Below, piece by piece: positions 18,550 through 27,362 of a stretch of 64,000 nucleotides of DNA. The DNA is taken from NCBI GenBank assembly GCA_964521575.1, contig CAZFSR010000002.1, forward strand, positions 28,740-92,739, written 5' to 3'. The DNA comes from an uncultured Synergistaceae bacterium. Lineage in GTDB: Bacteria; Synergistota; Synergistia; Synergistales; 79-D21. Every line of letters starts with the position of its first letter. Positions within the stretch are counted from its first letter, which is position 1. A program made the translations under genes and the position numbers. Under the pieces are notes generated by a model that was not told the origin of the DNA, searched no databases, and worked only from the letters and a program-made list of their open reading frames with translations.

Positions 18550-20889
18550 CTATTGCGCCTCCTTTTCCTTCTGTTCCCGAAGAGCGCGCAGGACGTTCTC
18601 GGCGGTCATCGGGATTTCCTTGAGGCGGACCCCGGTGGCGTTGAAAACGGCGTTGCCCAGTGCCGGTACGATCGCGATGAGCGAAGCCTCCCCGATGGAT
18701 TTCGCCCCGAAGCCTGTCGTCCACTCGAAAGAGTCCACTACACCGGCATGGACCTTCGGCACGTCCCCTGCCGTTGGAATCTGGTAGTCGAGGAAAGAAG
18801 GATTGAGAAGCTTACCGCTCTTTCCGTAACGAAGTTTTTCCATCAGGGCCCAGCCATATCCCTGGACAACACCTCCCTCGATCTGGCCCTCGACACTCAG
18901 GAGATTGATGGCCTGTCCGACGTCGTGGATCGCCCAGATGTTGGGAACCCTGACCTGGCCAGTTTCTGTGTTGACCTCGACTTCGGCGATGTGGCAGCCA
19001 TAGGCATAACCGCCCGAGATGTTCCCAAACTTTTTCGCATCGGGGTAGACCACGTCCGAGGGGGGGACGAAGTACCCAAGCCCCTGCATCATCTGCCCGC
19101 CGTTATCGCAAATGTATTTCCATGAAACGTCCTGAAAGGAAGTCCTGAACGTTTCGTCCTTCGACCAGGCCACGCTCCGGTCCTTCAAGACGAGTTCTTC
19201 CGGGGGAAGGTTCATCATGATAGAAGCCGTCTCGACGAGTTTCTTCTTCAGGTCGAGTGCCGCGTTCTTTGTCGCCCCGCTCACGAGGTAGGTTCCGCGG
19301 CTCGCGAAACAGCCCAGCCCGAAGGGAACGACGTTCGTGTCGGGGTCCGGCACGAGGATGTCTTCGACATCCATCCCGAGGACCTCCGAGGCACACATGG
19401 ACGTGACAGTCCTGATGCCCTGCCCCATGTCCGGTTCGTTTGAGAAGACAAAAAGTCGGCCCTGGTCGTTCAACCTCAGGAGAACCGCCGCCCCCTCGAA
19501 TTCCCTGATAAAGGAGCGGTTTCCCGAAACATGGACACAGACTGCCGCACCGATCCCTCGCTTGATAGGTGAATTTTCAGTGGCGTTTTCCTTCTTGAAG
19601 GCTTCCCTCTTCTCATGGAAGCCGGAAAGACTCACGGCCTTGTCCAGGCAGGCCCGGACCTCGCAGCTGTTGGTCTTCCACCCGTGAGGGTTGGTATAGT
19701 TCGGCACAGCCAGGTTCTTCCTCCTGAGGTCGACAGGGTCGATGCCGAGTTGGTGGGCGACCTGGTCGAAGTGCGTTTCCTGGGCATAGTGCATCTGGGC
19801 ATTCCCGAAACCCCGGAAGCAGCCGGTCGGAACCTTGTTGGTGTAGACGAGGTCACAGATGGAGTGGACGACGGGAACCTGGTAGAGGATATCGATCCTG
19901 TACATGGCGGTAAGGGCGATCGGGGCCCCGTAGGAGGCATAGGCTCCGTTGTCTGCGATGATATAGACCTTTTTAGCGAGGAACTTCCCGTCACGACTCC
20001 AGGCTGTCTTCAGCTTGAAATACATGGGCAGCCGCGGCAGGCCGCACTGGAAATCTTCTTCCCTGTCCAGCACGAAACGTACAGGCTGGCCGGCATGCTT
20101 CGCCATGAGGGCCCCAAGGGGGTGGACCTGCTGGGAGAGTTTTGCTCCGAAACCTCCACCAAAATACGGCTGGATGATCTGGACCTTTTCGACCGGAACG
20201 TTGAGAGCCACGGCATAATCCCTGCGGGACCAGGTCGCGGTCTGGATCCCCGCGTAGATAGTGACGTTGCCGCGCTGGTCCCAGACTGAGACCCCTCCCA
20301 TGGGTTCCATGTAGCCCTGGTAGTGGAGATCCGTCTCGTACTCGTCCTCAAAGACAAAGTCGGCCTTCGAAAAGACTTCTTCAACGTCACCCCTTGGAAT
20401 GTCGAAATGATGATTCACGTTTTTAGGGAATTCATCATGGATCAGAGGGGCACCTGGCTTCATAGCGTCATGCAGGCTCAGAATCGCAGGAAGCGGTTCG
20501 TATTCAACCCGGATCAGCGACAATGCCTCCCGGCACGCATCCGCGTCGACCCCTACGACCGCCGCCACTTCGTCACCAACGAAGCGGACCTTGTCCCTGG
20601 CCAGGAGATACTCGTCCCTGGTGACGGGCCCCCACTTGTTCTGGTCAACATCCTTGCCCGTGATGACACATTTGACGCCAGCAACCTTTCTGGCGGCGGA
20701 CGTGTCGATGTCAAGGATCTTGGCATGGGGATGGGGACTTCTCAATGCCTTGCCCACAAGCATCCCGGGGAGCACAACGTCCGTGACGTAACGGGTTTTG
20801 CCCGTTACCTTCTCGGTTGCGTCAACGTAGGGGATCCGGGTTCCGACGACTCGGTAATCCTCTTTCTTGTGATCGTTCATTCCGGACAT
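18550..20889 (-). CDS. xanthine dehydrogenase/aldehyde oxidase family molybdopterin-binding (large) subunit
   Basis: Features include YRVVGTRIPYVDATEKVTGKTRY, GGGFG.K, CFRGFG.AQ and an E...L conserved C-terminus. The start is set at ATG 20889 (RBS GGAGG), not the long upstream overlap with the small subunit. Confidence 0.85.
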   Translation of the reverse strand: MSGMNDHKKEDYRVVGTRIPYVDATEKVTGKTRYVTDVVLPGMLVGKALRSPHPHAKILDIDTSAARKVAGVKCVITGKDVDQNKWGPVTRDEYLLARDKVRFVGDEVAAVVGVDADACREALSLIRVEYEPLPAILSLHDAMKPGAPLIHDEFPKNVNHHFDIPRGDVEEVFSKADFVFEDEYETDLHYQGYMEPMGGVSVWDQRGNVTIYAGIQTATWSRRDYAVALNVPVEKVQIIQPYFGGGFGAKLSQQVHPLGALMAKHAGQPVRFVLDREEDFQCGLPRLPMYFKLKTAWSRDGKFLAKKVYIIADNGAYASYGAPIALTAMYRIDILYQVPVVHSICDLVYTNKVPTGCFRGFGNAQMHYAQETHFDQVAHQLGIDPVDLRRKNLAVPNYTNPHGWKTNSCEVRACLDKAVSLSGFHEKREAFKKENATENSPIKRGIGAAVCVHVSGNRSFIREFEGAAVLLRLNDQGRLFVFSNEPDMGQGIRTVTSMCASEVLGMDVEDILVPDPDTNVVPFGLGCFASRGTYLVSGATKNAALDLKKKLVETASIMMNLPPEELVLKDRSVAWSKDETFRTSFQDVSWKYICDNGGQMMQGLGYFVPPSDVVYPDAKKFGNISGGYAYGCHIAEVEVNTETGQVRVPNIWAIHDVGQAINLLSVEGQIEGGVVQGYGWALMEKLRYGKSGKLLNPSFLDYQIPTAGDVPKVHAGVVDSFEWTTGFGAKSIGEASLIAIVPALGNAVFNATGVRLKEIPMTAENVLRALREQKEKEAQ

Positions 20890-20905
20890 CCTCGATGCCT
20901 CCTTC

Positions 20906-21403
20906 TCAGGCCATCTTTTCCGCGGCAAGGCGGACGGCGTCGAAGATCTTCTGGTAACCCGTGCATCGGCAGAGGTTTCCCGCAAGCCCTTCGCGAATCT
21001 GCTCGTCGGTGGGGTGCGGATGCTTTCGGAGCAGGACAAGGGTAGAGATGACGAAGCCCGGCGTGCAGAAACCGCACTGTACGGCCCCGGCCTCGACATA
21101 GGCCTCCTGGATGGGATGCAGCTTGCCACCCACGGAAAGGCCTTCGATGGTCAGGATTTCCGCCCCGTCCGCCTGTATGGCCGGCACGAGGCAAGATGTT
21201 ACCGACTCCCCGTTCATGAGCACGGTACAGGCTCCGCATTCGCCCTCGCCACACCCGCACTTCGTACCGAGCTGCCCCAGGTCCTCCCGAAGAACTTCCA
21301 CAAGAGTCCTGCTGGGCTTGACATCAACCTCGTAAAGGACGCCATTTACGGTCAGTGAAATTCGTTGTCGATTCATGCGATTCTTCGCCTCCATTGCGAT
21401 CAA
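20906..21403 (-). CDS. xanthine dehydrogenase family [2Fe-2S] (small) subunit
   Basis: It has CGCGEGECGACTV and QCGFCTPGF...NLCRCTGY, the two canonical 2Fe-2S cluster motifs. Confidence 0.9.
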   Translation of the reverse strand: MIAMEAKNRMNRQRISLTVNGVLYEVDVKPSRTLVEVLREDLGQLGTKCGCGEGECGACTVLMNGESVTSCLVPAIQADGAEILTIEGLSVGGKLHPIQEAYVEAGAVQCGFCTPGFVISTLVLLRKHPHPTDEQIREGLAGNLCRCTGYQKIFDAVRLAAEKMA

Positions 21404-21454
21404 CTGGTGAGAAAAAAGAAGCGGGTGCAGTCCACCTGCACCCGCCTCTTTGGT

Positions 21455-22675
21455 TTATCGGAAATCTCCCAGGAATACGGGCTTTGGTCCCTTCATGGAA
21501 ATGGCCCCCGCAGGACAAAGGGCCGCACAAAGACCGCAGCCGTCGCATTTTGCGGGGTCGATTGCGGAAACCTTCCTGTCACCCTCTGGGACCATCTCGA
21601 TCGCGTCAAAAAAGCACCACTTCGGGCAGAGCCCGCAACCGGTGCACTTATCGGCATCAACCTCGCTGATAGCCTTGCTTTCACGGTCTACCTTGTCCCA
21701 GGTGGTGATCTGAGGGAGAGTGATTCCTTTCAGGGAATTGATGTCCTTGATGCCGTGATCAACGAGGTACTTCTCGACTCCCTCAAGGAAGACCGAGATC
21801 TCCCCGAACTGCCGAGTGCCATACATCAAGGCCGTGCAGGTCTGGATCGTGGTCGCTCCGCACATCATGGCCTTGATCACATCTTCCCAGGAAAAGATGC
21901 CGTTGGTCGCGGAGATCGGCATTCCCGTGGCAGCTGCAATCTTGGCTATCCACTTAAGGGTAATGGGACGCATCCACGGGCCGCCGACACCCGCAAAACC
22001 TCCGTGTAGAAGGGGGCGCCCCGTTTCTATATCGACATCCAGGGCCGAGAACCGGTTCACAACCGTGAACCCCGAAGCGCCCGCATCGCGACATCGCCCG
22101 GCCACATCAACTATGTTCACGGCCTCGCTGGTCAGCTTCACAAAAACGGGAATCCCCACAGCATCGCAAACCGCCCGAGTCACCTCTGCGGCAGCTTCAG
22201 GCGAGTTCCCCAGTTCCTGCCCACTCTTGTACCCAAGGTCCTTCGGGTGGGGACAGCCGAAGTTCAGTTCCATCATCGGCAGTCCTAAGTCTTCGGTCCG
22301 TTTCGCAAGTTCGCGCCAAGTCGGTAGGGAGTTGCCGGAAATGCTTCCCACAAGCGTGCAGTCCAGCTCGTCGCAGAACTTTTTGGCAATCTTCAGTTCG
22401 TTGAACCACTGGTCGGTGTCGTAGGTCGCGAGAAACTCGCAGGAATAGTTGGAATAGCTGTGGGGCCATCCTTTCTTATTGAGGACGGTGAAGCGCGGGG
22501 AAACATACTGCTGTGCCAAGGGCTCGGGGCTGAATGTCTTGGCGATGACTCCCCCGGCTCCCGACTCGGCACAGCGGCGCATGTATTCGCCGTTCTTGCT
22601 GGGAGAAGCCGAGGCTACGATCATGGGATTCTTGAACTTGACGCCGCAGTATTCCACACGGAGATTCGGTTTCAT
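21455..22675 (-). CDS. dihydroorotate/dihydropyrimidine dehydrogenase-like flavoprotein with C-terminal 2x[4Fe-4S] (PreA-like)
   Basis: A DHOD-type TIM barrel (FKNPMIVASASPS...NFGCPH...) is followed by CTGCGLCPKWC and CDGCGLCAALCP. I prefer the start at ATG 22675 because of its RBS AGGAGG. Confidence 0.7.
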   Translation of the reverse strand: MKPNLRVEYCGVKFKNPMIVASASPSKNGEYMRRCAESGAGGVIAKTFSPEPLAQQYVSPRFTVLNKKGWPHSYSNYSCEFLATYDTDQWFNELKIAKKFCDELDCTLVGSISGNSLPTWRELAKRTEDLGLPMMELNFGCPHPKDLGYKSGQELGNSPEAAAEVTRAVCDAVGIPVFVKLTSEAVNIVDVAGRCRDAGASGFTVVNRFSALDVDIETGRPLLHGGFAGVGGPWMRPITLKWIAKIAAATGMPISATNGIFSWEDVIKAMMCGATTIQTCTALMYGTRQFGEISVFLEGVEKYLVDHGIKDINSLKGITLPQITTWDKVDRESKAISEVDADKCTGCGLCPKWCFFDAIEMVPEGDRKVSAIDPAKCDGCGLCAALCPAGAISMKGPKPVFLGDFR

Positions 22676-22714
22676 CTTGAACGTCACTCCTCCTTTTTTA
22701 GGTACCGCGGTCGT

Positions 22715-23116
22715 CTACCTAGGGGCTCCAGGCCCGTCCTTCAGTAGAGAGCAATTGGGATCCAAGGGCTTGTTGGGATCCTGGTAGCGGAACTCGATGG
22801 TGGTGCATCCGAGGGGAATGTCGTAAGGACCATGTTTCATGCCCACCAGACGTGATCCGTAGTAACCGGAGGCAATGGTGATTTTCTTGCCGGTGTCGAT
22901 GAGGTAGCCGGAGACGACGTAGACTTCTTCGCAGAAGTCGTGGCAAAGTTCTGCCTCAATCTCCGTCTGGGGGGGAAACTTCAGCATGCGCGTGTAATTC
23001 CCCGTCTGGGGATCGTAGGAGAAAATCTTCTCCATGACACCTTCCGGGGCACCTACCACCTGTCTCCACCCGCCTATAAGATCGATATCCATGATTTCGT
23101 ATTCCTGCTTTGCCAT
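22715..23116 (-). CDS. small cupin-like protein
   Basis: A 133 aa beta-rich sequence with H/E-containing segments (CHDFCEEVYVVSGYL, MKHGPY) resembles ChrR-type cupins. The call is weak. Confidence 0.4.
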   Translation of the reverse strand: MAKQEYEIMDIDLIGGWRQVVGAPEGVMEKIFSYDPQTGNYTRMLKFPPQTEIEAELCHDFCEEVYVVSGYLIDTGKKITIASGYYGSRLVGMKHGPYDIPLGCTTIEFRYQDPNKPLDPNCSLLKDGPGAPR

Positions 23117-23146
23117 TGTTCTTTCCCCCTTCTATTGTTTGGTTTT

Positions 23147-23851
23147 TTAGACTTTCTTCCTAAACCAGTTCGTCACGAGGTTGAATGACGTTGCCTGCGT
23201 GATCGTCCTACCCATCACGGGGTCGTGAAGGCTGACTTCGAAGTAAGGGCTGAAATCAATCCCGTAAAGGGACGCGATCGTCCCCGAAAAGACCATCAAG
23301 CCATCATTTGATGGCAGGTCGACAACTTCGCCTACCCTCCGAATTAGTTCCTCCGGCCCCATCAGGGCGGAGAGTTTTCCTTCCTGGAACAGCTTTCGCT
23401 CCCCGTCCTTCAGGATCCAGCTCCGAATTTCAAGGGAATCCCAGTGGGGCAAAACGTCTTCCAGCTTCCAGACGTCTTTCGAGATGAAGTTCGGGTAGAC
23501 CTGTTTCGCCTTGGGGATGTCGATTTCCTCGAGTTTCCTGTCGGTGTGGTCGTTCCCGGCCGCAACATAAACCGCCCCGTCTTTGAAAAGAAGGACATAC
23601 TCCGCTTCGCCGGTGTTGTCCGTATCCTTGAGGACATCATGCCGCTCTTCCTGCAGCACGCCCTCGGGGAAAACAGGAAAATAGACCGGTGTCTCTTCCG
23701 GCGCCGGGACCCCTTTTTCCTTCAATTCCTCGATGTGGGCCTGCACGCTGGCCTGGTCCCTGCCCGTATAGCCAGCATTCACGACCGTCTTGACCTCGAA
23801 CTCCAAAATTTTTGCGGGATCTCCGTCAACACTGAATTTCAAGATGTTCAT
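23147..23851 (-). CDS. hypothetical protein, DUF2848-like (possible FAH-fold)
   Basis: A 234 aa ORF with good coding appearance is the first gene of the xdh-family operon. The family call is from memory of DUF2848 size and pattern only. Confidence 0.35.
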   Translation of the reverse strand: MNILKFSVDGDPAKILEFEVKTVVNAGYTGRDQASVQAHIEELKEKGVPAPEETPVYFPVFPEGVLQEERHDVLKDTDNTGEAEYVLLFKDGAVYVAAGNDHTDRKLEEIDIPKAKQVYPNFISKDVWKLEDVLPHWDSLEIRSWILKDGERKLFQEGKLSALMGPEELIRRVGEVVDLPSNDGLMVFSGTIASLYGIDFSPYFEVSLHDPVMGRTITQATSFNLVTNWFRKKV

Positions 23852-24010
23852 CGTTTGCCCCCCTAATAAAATCGAAAACTTAATATGTATCTAAATTGTT
23901 ATCGTATTTCTTTATTAAACATGATTGTTCATTTCATAACCATTCTTGGCCGGGAACTGAGTAGGGCAGTCGTTATATATGGCATTCTATAAATTATATG
24001 GCATGTCCAA

Positions 24011-24038
24011 TATATATTGGAATACTTTATGTTGTCAA
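24011..24038 (-). promoter_or_regulatory. sigma70-like promoter candidate for the 23851->16307 operon
   Basis: On the minus strand, TTGACA (24038-24033) is followed ~16-17 nt later by an ATATAT/TATAAT-like box. It lies 160-190 bp upstream of the first gene. Confidence 0.35.
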
Positions 24039-24051
24039 GCGCCTTCTAGCG

Positions 24052-24067
24052 TTTTGGTATACCTTTA
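24052..24067 (+). promoter_or_regulatory. candidate GntR-type operator TTTTGGTATACCTTTA (second copy)
   Basis: The 16-mer is identical to that at 9422-9437. It sits just upstream of the -35 of the putative xdh-operon promoter. Confidence 0.35.
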
Positions 24068-24465
24068 CGCCGCATTCGTTAACTTTGTTTTCTGGGCCGA
24101 TCTCAGACAGCTGGCCCTGAAGCATAGCTATTTAGAACCTGTCAAGCTGAAAGACACTGTTTCGCTCCTGCTCTTGCTCAACTTGAGGCGTTCTTCCTCA
24201 TTGATATGTGGACACTTAAAAGGCCGCCATCTCTTTTTCAGAGACAGCGGCCTATGGGAGTCGTGCCCACAACGGTCACGAAGACAATATAACGGCCCTG
24301 GCAAGGGGGTTACAGCCAGGGTCTTCGAAAGTAAGAGGAGGTGAACCGTCTCTGTTCTTCTCCTTGATGGTCATAGGATACCCCTCTTCGATTTACCCCA
24401 CCTCGGCAAAAACCCATTCCAGACTAGGCGGTTTTACTGAACTCGTTCCCTCCCTGTGTCCAATC

Positions 24466-24488
24466 TAGGGGATTCCCTGATAGACAAA
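24466..24488 (+). repeat. island-boundary motif copy 1: TAGGGGATTCCCTGATAGACAAA
   Basis: It is a perfect 23-bp match to 48054-48076 in the same orientation. A 20/21 match occurs inverted at 39282-39302. Confidence 0.9.
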
Positions 24489-24597
24489 CTCTATTCGTTC
24501 GGGTTTGATAAAGGTTAAGTTTCAAATTTTTCAAATCTAGGCCTTTCCCCTACATTACCCCTTCATCAGGCATTGACAAAATCCATATCCGAGGAGC

Positions 24598-27165
24598 GTG
24601 GGATATTTGAAGACGTCAAGCACCCCTCTCCACACCATACTGGATAACGAAATTTTTAGCATCGTTGACGAGTACCAAATTCCTGAAAGAGAACCACATT
24701 TCGAGCAAATACCCACTGCTCTCCACCCACTAGTAAGAACAGCACTTGAAGGAGCTTTCCCCTCTGGAATCTATTCCCACCAAGCGAAAGGAATTGATTT
24801 ATTACTGGGCAACAAGGACATTTGCCTGGCAACCCCAACTGCTTCCGGAAAAAGCCTTGTTTTCATGTCTTATGCTGCCGATTTATTGCTTCGGACACCT
24901 AAGGCAAAGGTCTTGGCATTATACCCCGCGAAAGCCCTAATTCAGGACCAGCTGAAAAAATGGAAAACGTTCCTAACCCCGTTAAATTTGCCGGTCGGCT
25001 ATATTGACGGAGCGGTAAGATCCCCCGAAAGGGCTGCGATACTTCGCAGGTCAAACGTGGTCCTAATGACGCCTGATGTTGCCCACGCCTGGATTATGAG
25101 CAACCTATCCAACCAAGATGTGGCCTCTTTTCTATCCGCAGTTTCTCTTTTAATCCTTGATGAAGCTCATGTTTACGATGGCGTATTTGGAACAAATATG
25201 GCTTTTTTTCTCCGACGGTTGGAGTGCGTTTCACCATTGAGAAACATTGTGTCGAGCACTGCCACGATAGGAGATCCTGTCGGTTTCATTGAGAAGCTGA
25301 CAGGCAGGATCCCCATACTCATTTCAAAAAACGACGATGGGGCTCCCTCTTCTGCAAAAACGATATTTTTATCACGGTGTTCAGACAGTTCAATAGATAA
25401 TTTTGTCAATTTAATTACATCTCTGCCAAGCCTTAAGCTTGGCCCCTTCATCGCTTTTGCCGATTCAAGGAAGATGGTCGAACATATTGTCGCCATTGCT
25501 AAAAGAAACTGTATTCCTGAAAGAGATCCTCTCCAGAACATTGGAACGACGGAAGATACGTTAATAGATGACCCTCTAGAAGATAAAGATTCTTTTTTCG
25601 AAAGCTTGGGGATATTGCCCTATAGGGCAGGCTATGAGGAAGATGACCGAAATGAAATTCAAAGAGCGCTAGCTGAAGGACGGCTTTCCGGTGTGGTTTC
25701 CACGAGTGCTCTTGAGTTAGGCCTCGATATAGGAGAGATTTCAATAGTCGTGCTTATGGGTGTGCCTCCATCGGTTAAGGCCTTTTGGCAGCGGTTTGGT
25801 CGCGGAGGAAGGAAAGGGAATGGCTATTGCATTTTGCTTGACGACTGCAACGCAATAGAAGCAGACGGTTTATCTTCTTATCTGGACCGCACCCCTGAAC
25901 CTTGCTGGCTCTATCTCGAAAACCGATTTATTCAATATACACATGCCCTCTGCACCGCTTTGGAAACGATTGAATATCCAAACTATAACCAGAAACCATT
26001 AGAGACTCTCCCGGAAGACTTCCTCCACTTTATGAATAACGAAATCCTCCCTAGGGAGACGATACCCAACGATCTGTACCCTTTGAAGCAAAGGGCTGTA
26101 AATGGTCCACATTACGAGTTCCCATTAAGGTCCGGAATTGAAAAGAACCTGTCCATTTCAGAAAATAGTGGGTATTCTATGACGCGGTTGGGGAACGTTT
26201 CGTTTTCCCAGGCTCTTCGAGAAGCCTATCCTGGAGCGATTTATTATTATATGGCATGCCCTTATCGTGTTGTTTTTTTCAATTACAGACTTGGCGAAAT
26301 AAAGGTAAAGAAAGAGAAGCGCTGGACGACCAAGCCAATACTCCAAAACATGGTTTTTCCGAAAATGGATAATGGCGTCCTCGCGCTTCGCAAATCCAAA
26401 AGCGGATTCTTGATAGAAGCAAACCTACAAGTCAGCGAGAGGATAATCGGTTTCACGGAACAGAGAGGTCCCAATTCTGCCTCGCATTTATATGAACAGG
26501 GCAACTTCTACAGCCAGCGTCCAATAACGAGATTTTTTGAAACGACCGGTGTCTGCTGGTTTTTCGATGACAGGAGATTCCAATCAGAACCGTTAGCGAA
26601 TTTAATCTTAAAGGCCTTTTGTTACATTTGCGGGATACAGGAGAGAGACCTGGGTTTCGGAACCTTCCAAGCTCGTTCATGCCAATTTTGGGATCAACCG
26701 ACTCACGGGCTTTGTATTTATGATGCCGTGAACGGAAGCCTTCGTTTAACCAAGCAGCTATTTGAAAAGTTTGAAGAAATCCTTGCAACACTCGACTTTG
26801 GCCACTTTTTGTTGGATGAAGTTGATGATGAGTTGCGCTATGCTGTCAAACTATTTAAGAACGAAATTTCAACAACAGGTATTATGGATGTAAACGATGG
26901 GATAATCCTCACACCTCCCGCTGAGAATGATTGGGTAACCGTGATTTGTCCTGGAGAAAAGGGAATGTACATTGACGGAAATAACGAGGAGGTCAAAGTT
27001 CTCGGATACCGCTTCACACCTAACGGAATGGTTTACCAGTTGGAGCCATCCGGAGATCTTACGAACTGGATAGTTAAGATCGCAAGCGTCGTCCCGCTAT
27101 ATGGGATAACGAGGGTTGAGAAGTACAACCTCAACACCGGGGAAACAGCCCCGGTTACACAATGA
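24598..27165 (+). CDS. SF2 DEAD/DEAH-box helicase with DUF1998-like C-terminal domain (MrfA/DrmB-like architecture)
   Basis: It has motif I ATPTASGKS, motif II LILDEAHVYDG, motif III SSTATIG and motif VI WQRFGRGGRKG. The downstream segment AFCYICGIQERDLGFGTF...GLCIYDAVNGSLRLTKQL resembles DUF1998 but lacks an obvious 4-Cys cluster, and ~130 extra C-terminal aa follow. The start is GTG after the RBS GAGGAG. Confidence 0.8.
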   Translation: MGYLKTSSTPLHTILDNEIFSIVDEYQIPEREPHFEQIPTALHPLVRTALEGAFPSGIYSHQAKGIDLLLGNKDICLATPTASGKSLVFMSYAADLLLRTPKAKVLALYPAKALIQDQLKKWKTFLTPLNLPVGYIDGAVRSPERAAILRRSNVVLMTPDVAHAWIMSNLSNQDVASFLSAVSLLILDEAHVYDGVFGTNMAFFLRRLECVSPLRNIVSSTATIGDPVGFIEKLTGRIPILISKNDDGAPSSAKTIFLSRCSDSSIDNFVNLITSLPSLKLGPFIAFADSRKMVEHIVAIAKRNCIPERDPLQNIGTTEDTLIDDPLEDKDSFFESLGILPYRAGYEEDDRNEIQRALAEGRLSGVVSTSALELGLDIGEISIVVLMGVPPSVKAFWQRFGRGGRKGNGYCILLDDCNAIEADGLSSYLDRTPEPCWLYLENRFIQYTHALCTALETIEYPNYNQKPLETLPEDFLHFMNNEILPRETIPNDLYPLKQRAVNGPHYEFPLRSGIEKNLSISENSGYSMTRLGNVSFSQALREAYPGAIYYYMACPYRVVFFNYRLGEIKVKKEKRWTTKPILQNMVFPKMDNGVLALRKSKSGFLIEANLQVSERIIGFTEQRGPNSASHLYEQGNFYSQRPITRFFETTGVCWFFDDRRFQSEPLANLILKAFCYICGIQERDLGFGTFQARSCQFWDQPTHGLCIYDAVNGSLRLTKQLFEKFEEILATLDFGHFLLDEVDDELRYAVKLFKNEISTTGIMDVNDGIILTPPAENDWVTVICPGEKGMYIDGNNEEVKVLGYRFTPNGMVYQLEPSGDLTNWIVKIASVVPLYGITRVEKYNLNTGETAPVTQ

Positions 27166-27267
27166 GAATACGATTTTAAAAAACTAATGACCGATAAGCC
27201 AATGCAACAAAACGCATTTATGTTGCATTCGCTTCTTTGACGCTATTAGAGCATTAGCAACGATTTA

Positions 27268-27300
27268 CGCCCTGTCGATTCGGACAGGGCGGCCCTTTTT
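27268..27300 (+). terminator. rho-independent terminator after the helicase gene
   Basis: CGCCCTGTC-gattcg-GACAGGGCG is followed by GCCCTTTTT. Confidence 0.6.
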
Positions 27301-27362
27301 CATTCTTTATCTTACTTATTGTATGTTATTATATATTATGTTATTTAGAAGGAGGGGCTGAT

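Noticed and set aside
23979-24344. 121-aa ORF in the AT-rich gap between the xdh-family operon and the helicase
   Set aside because: It has no RBS and odd composition, and it spans the promoter and operator-like sites and a hairpin (24217-24250). It is most likely non-coding intergenic DNA.
27321-27334. GTATGTTA(T/C)TATAT shared between the mini-recombinase upstream region (27321-27334) and the XRE/integrase intergenic region (46957-46970)
   Set aside because: The match is short (13/14), both regions are AT-rich and promoter-like, and the orientation relative to the neighbouring genes differs. It cannot be distinguished from chance without genome-wide statistics.
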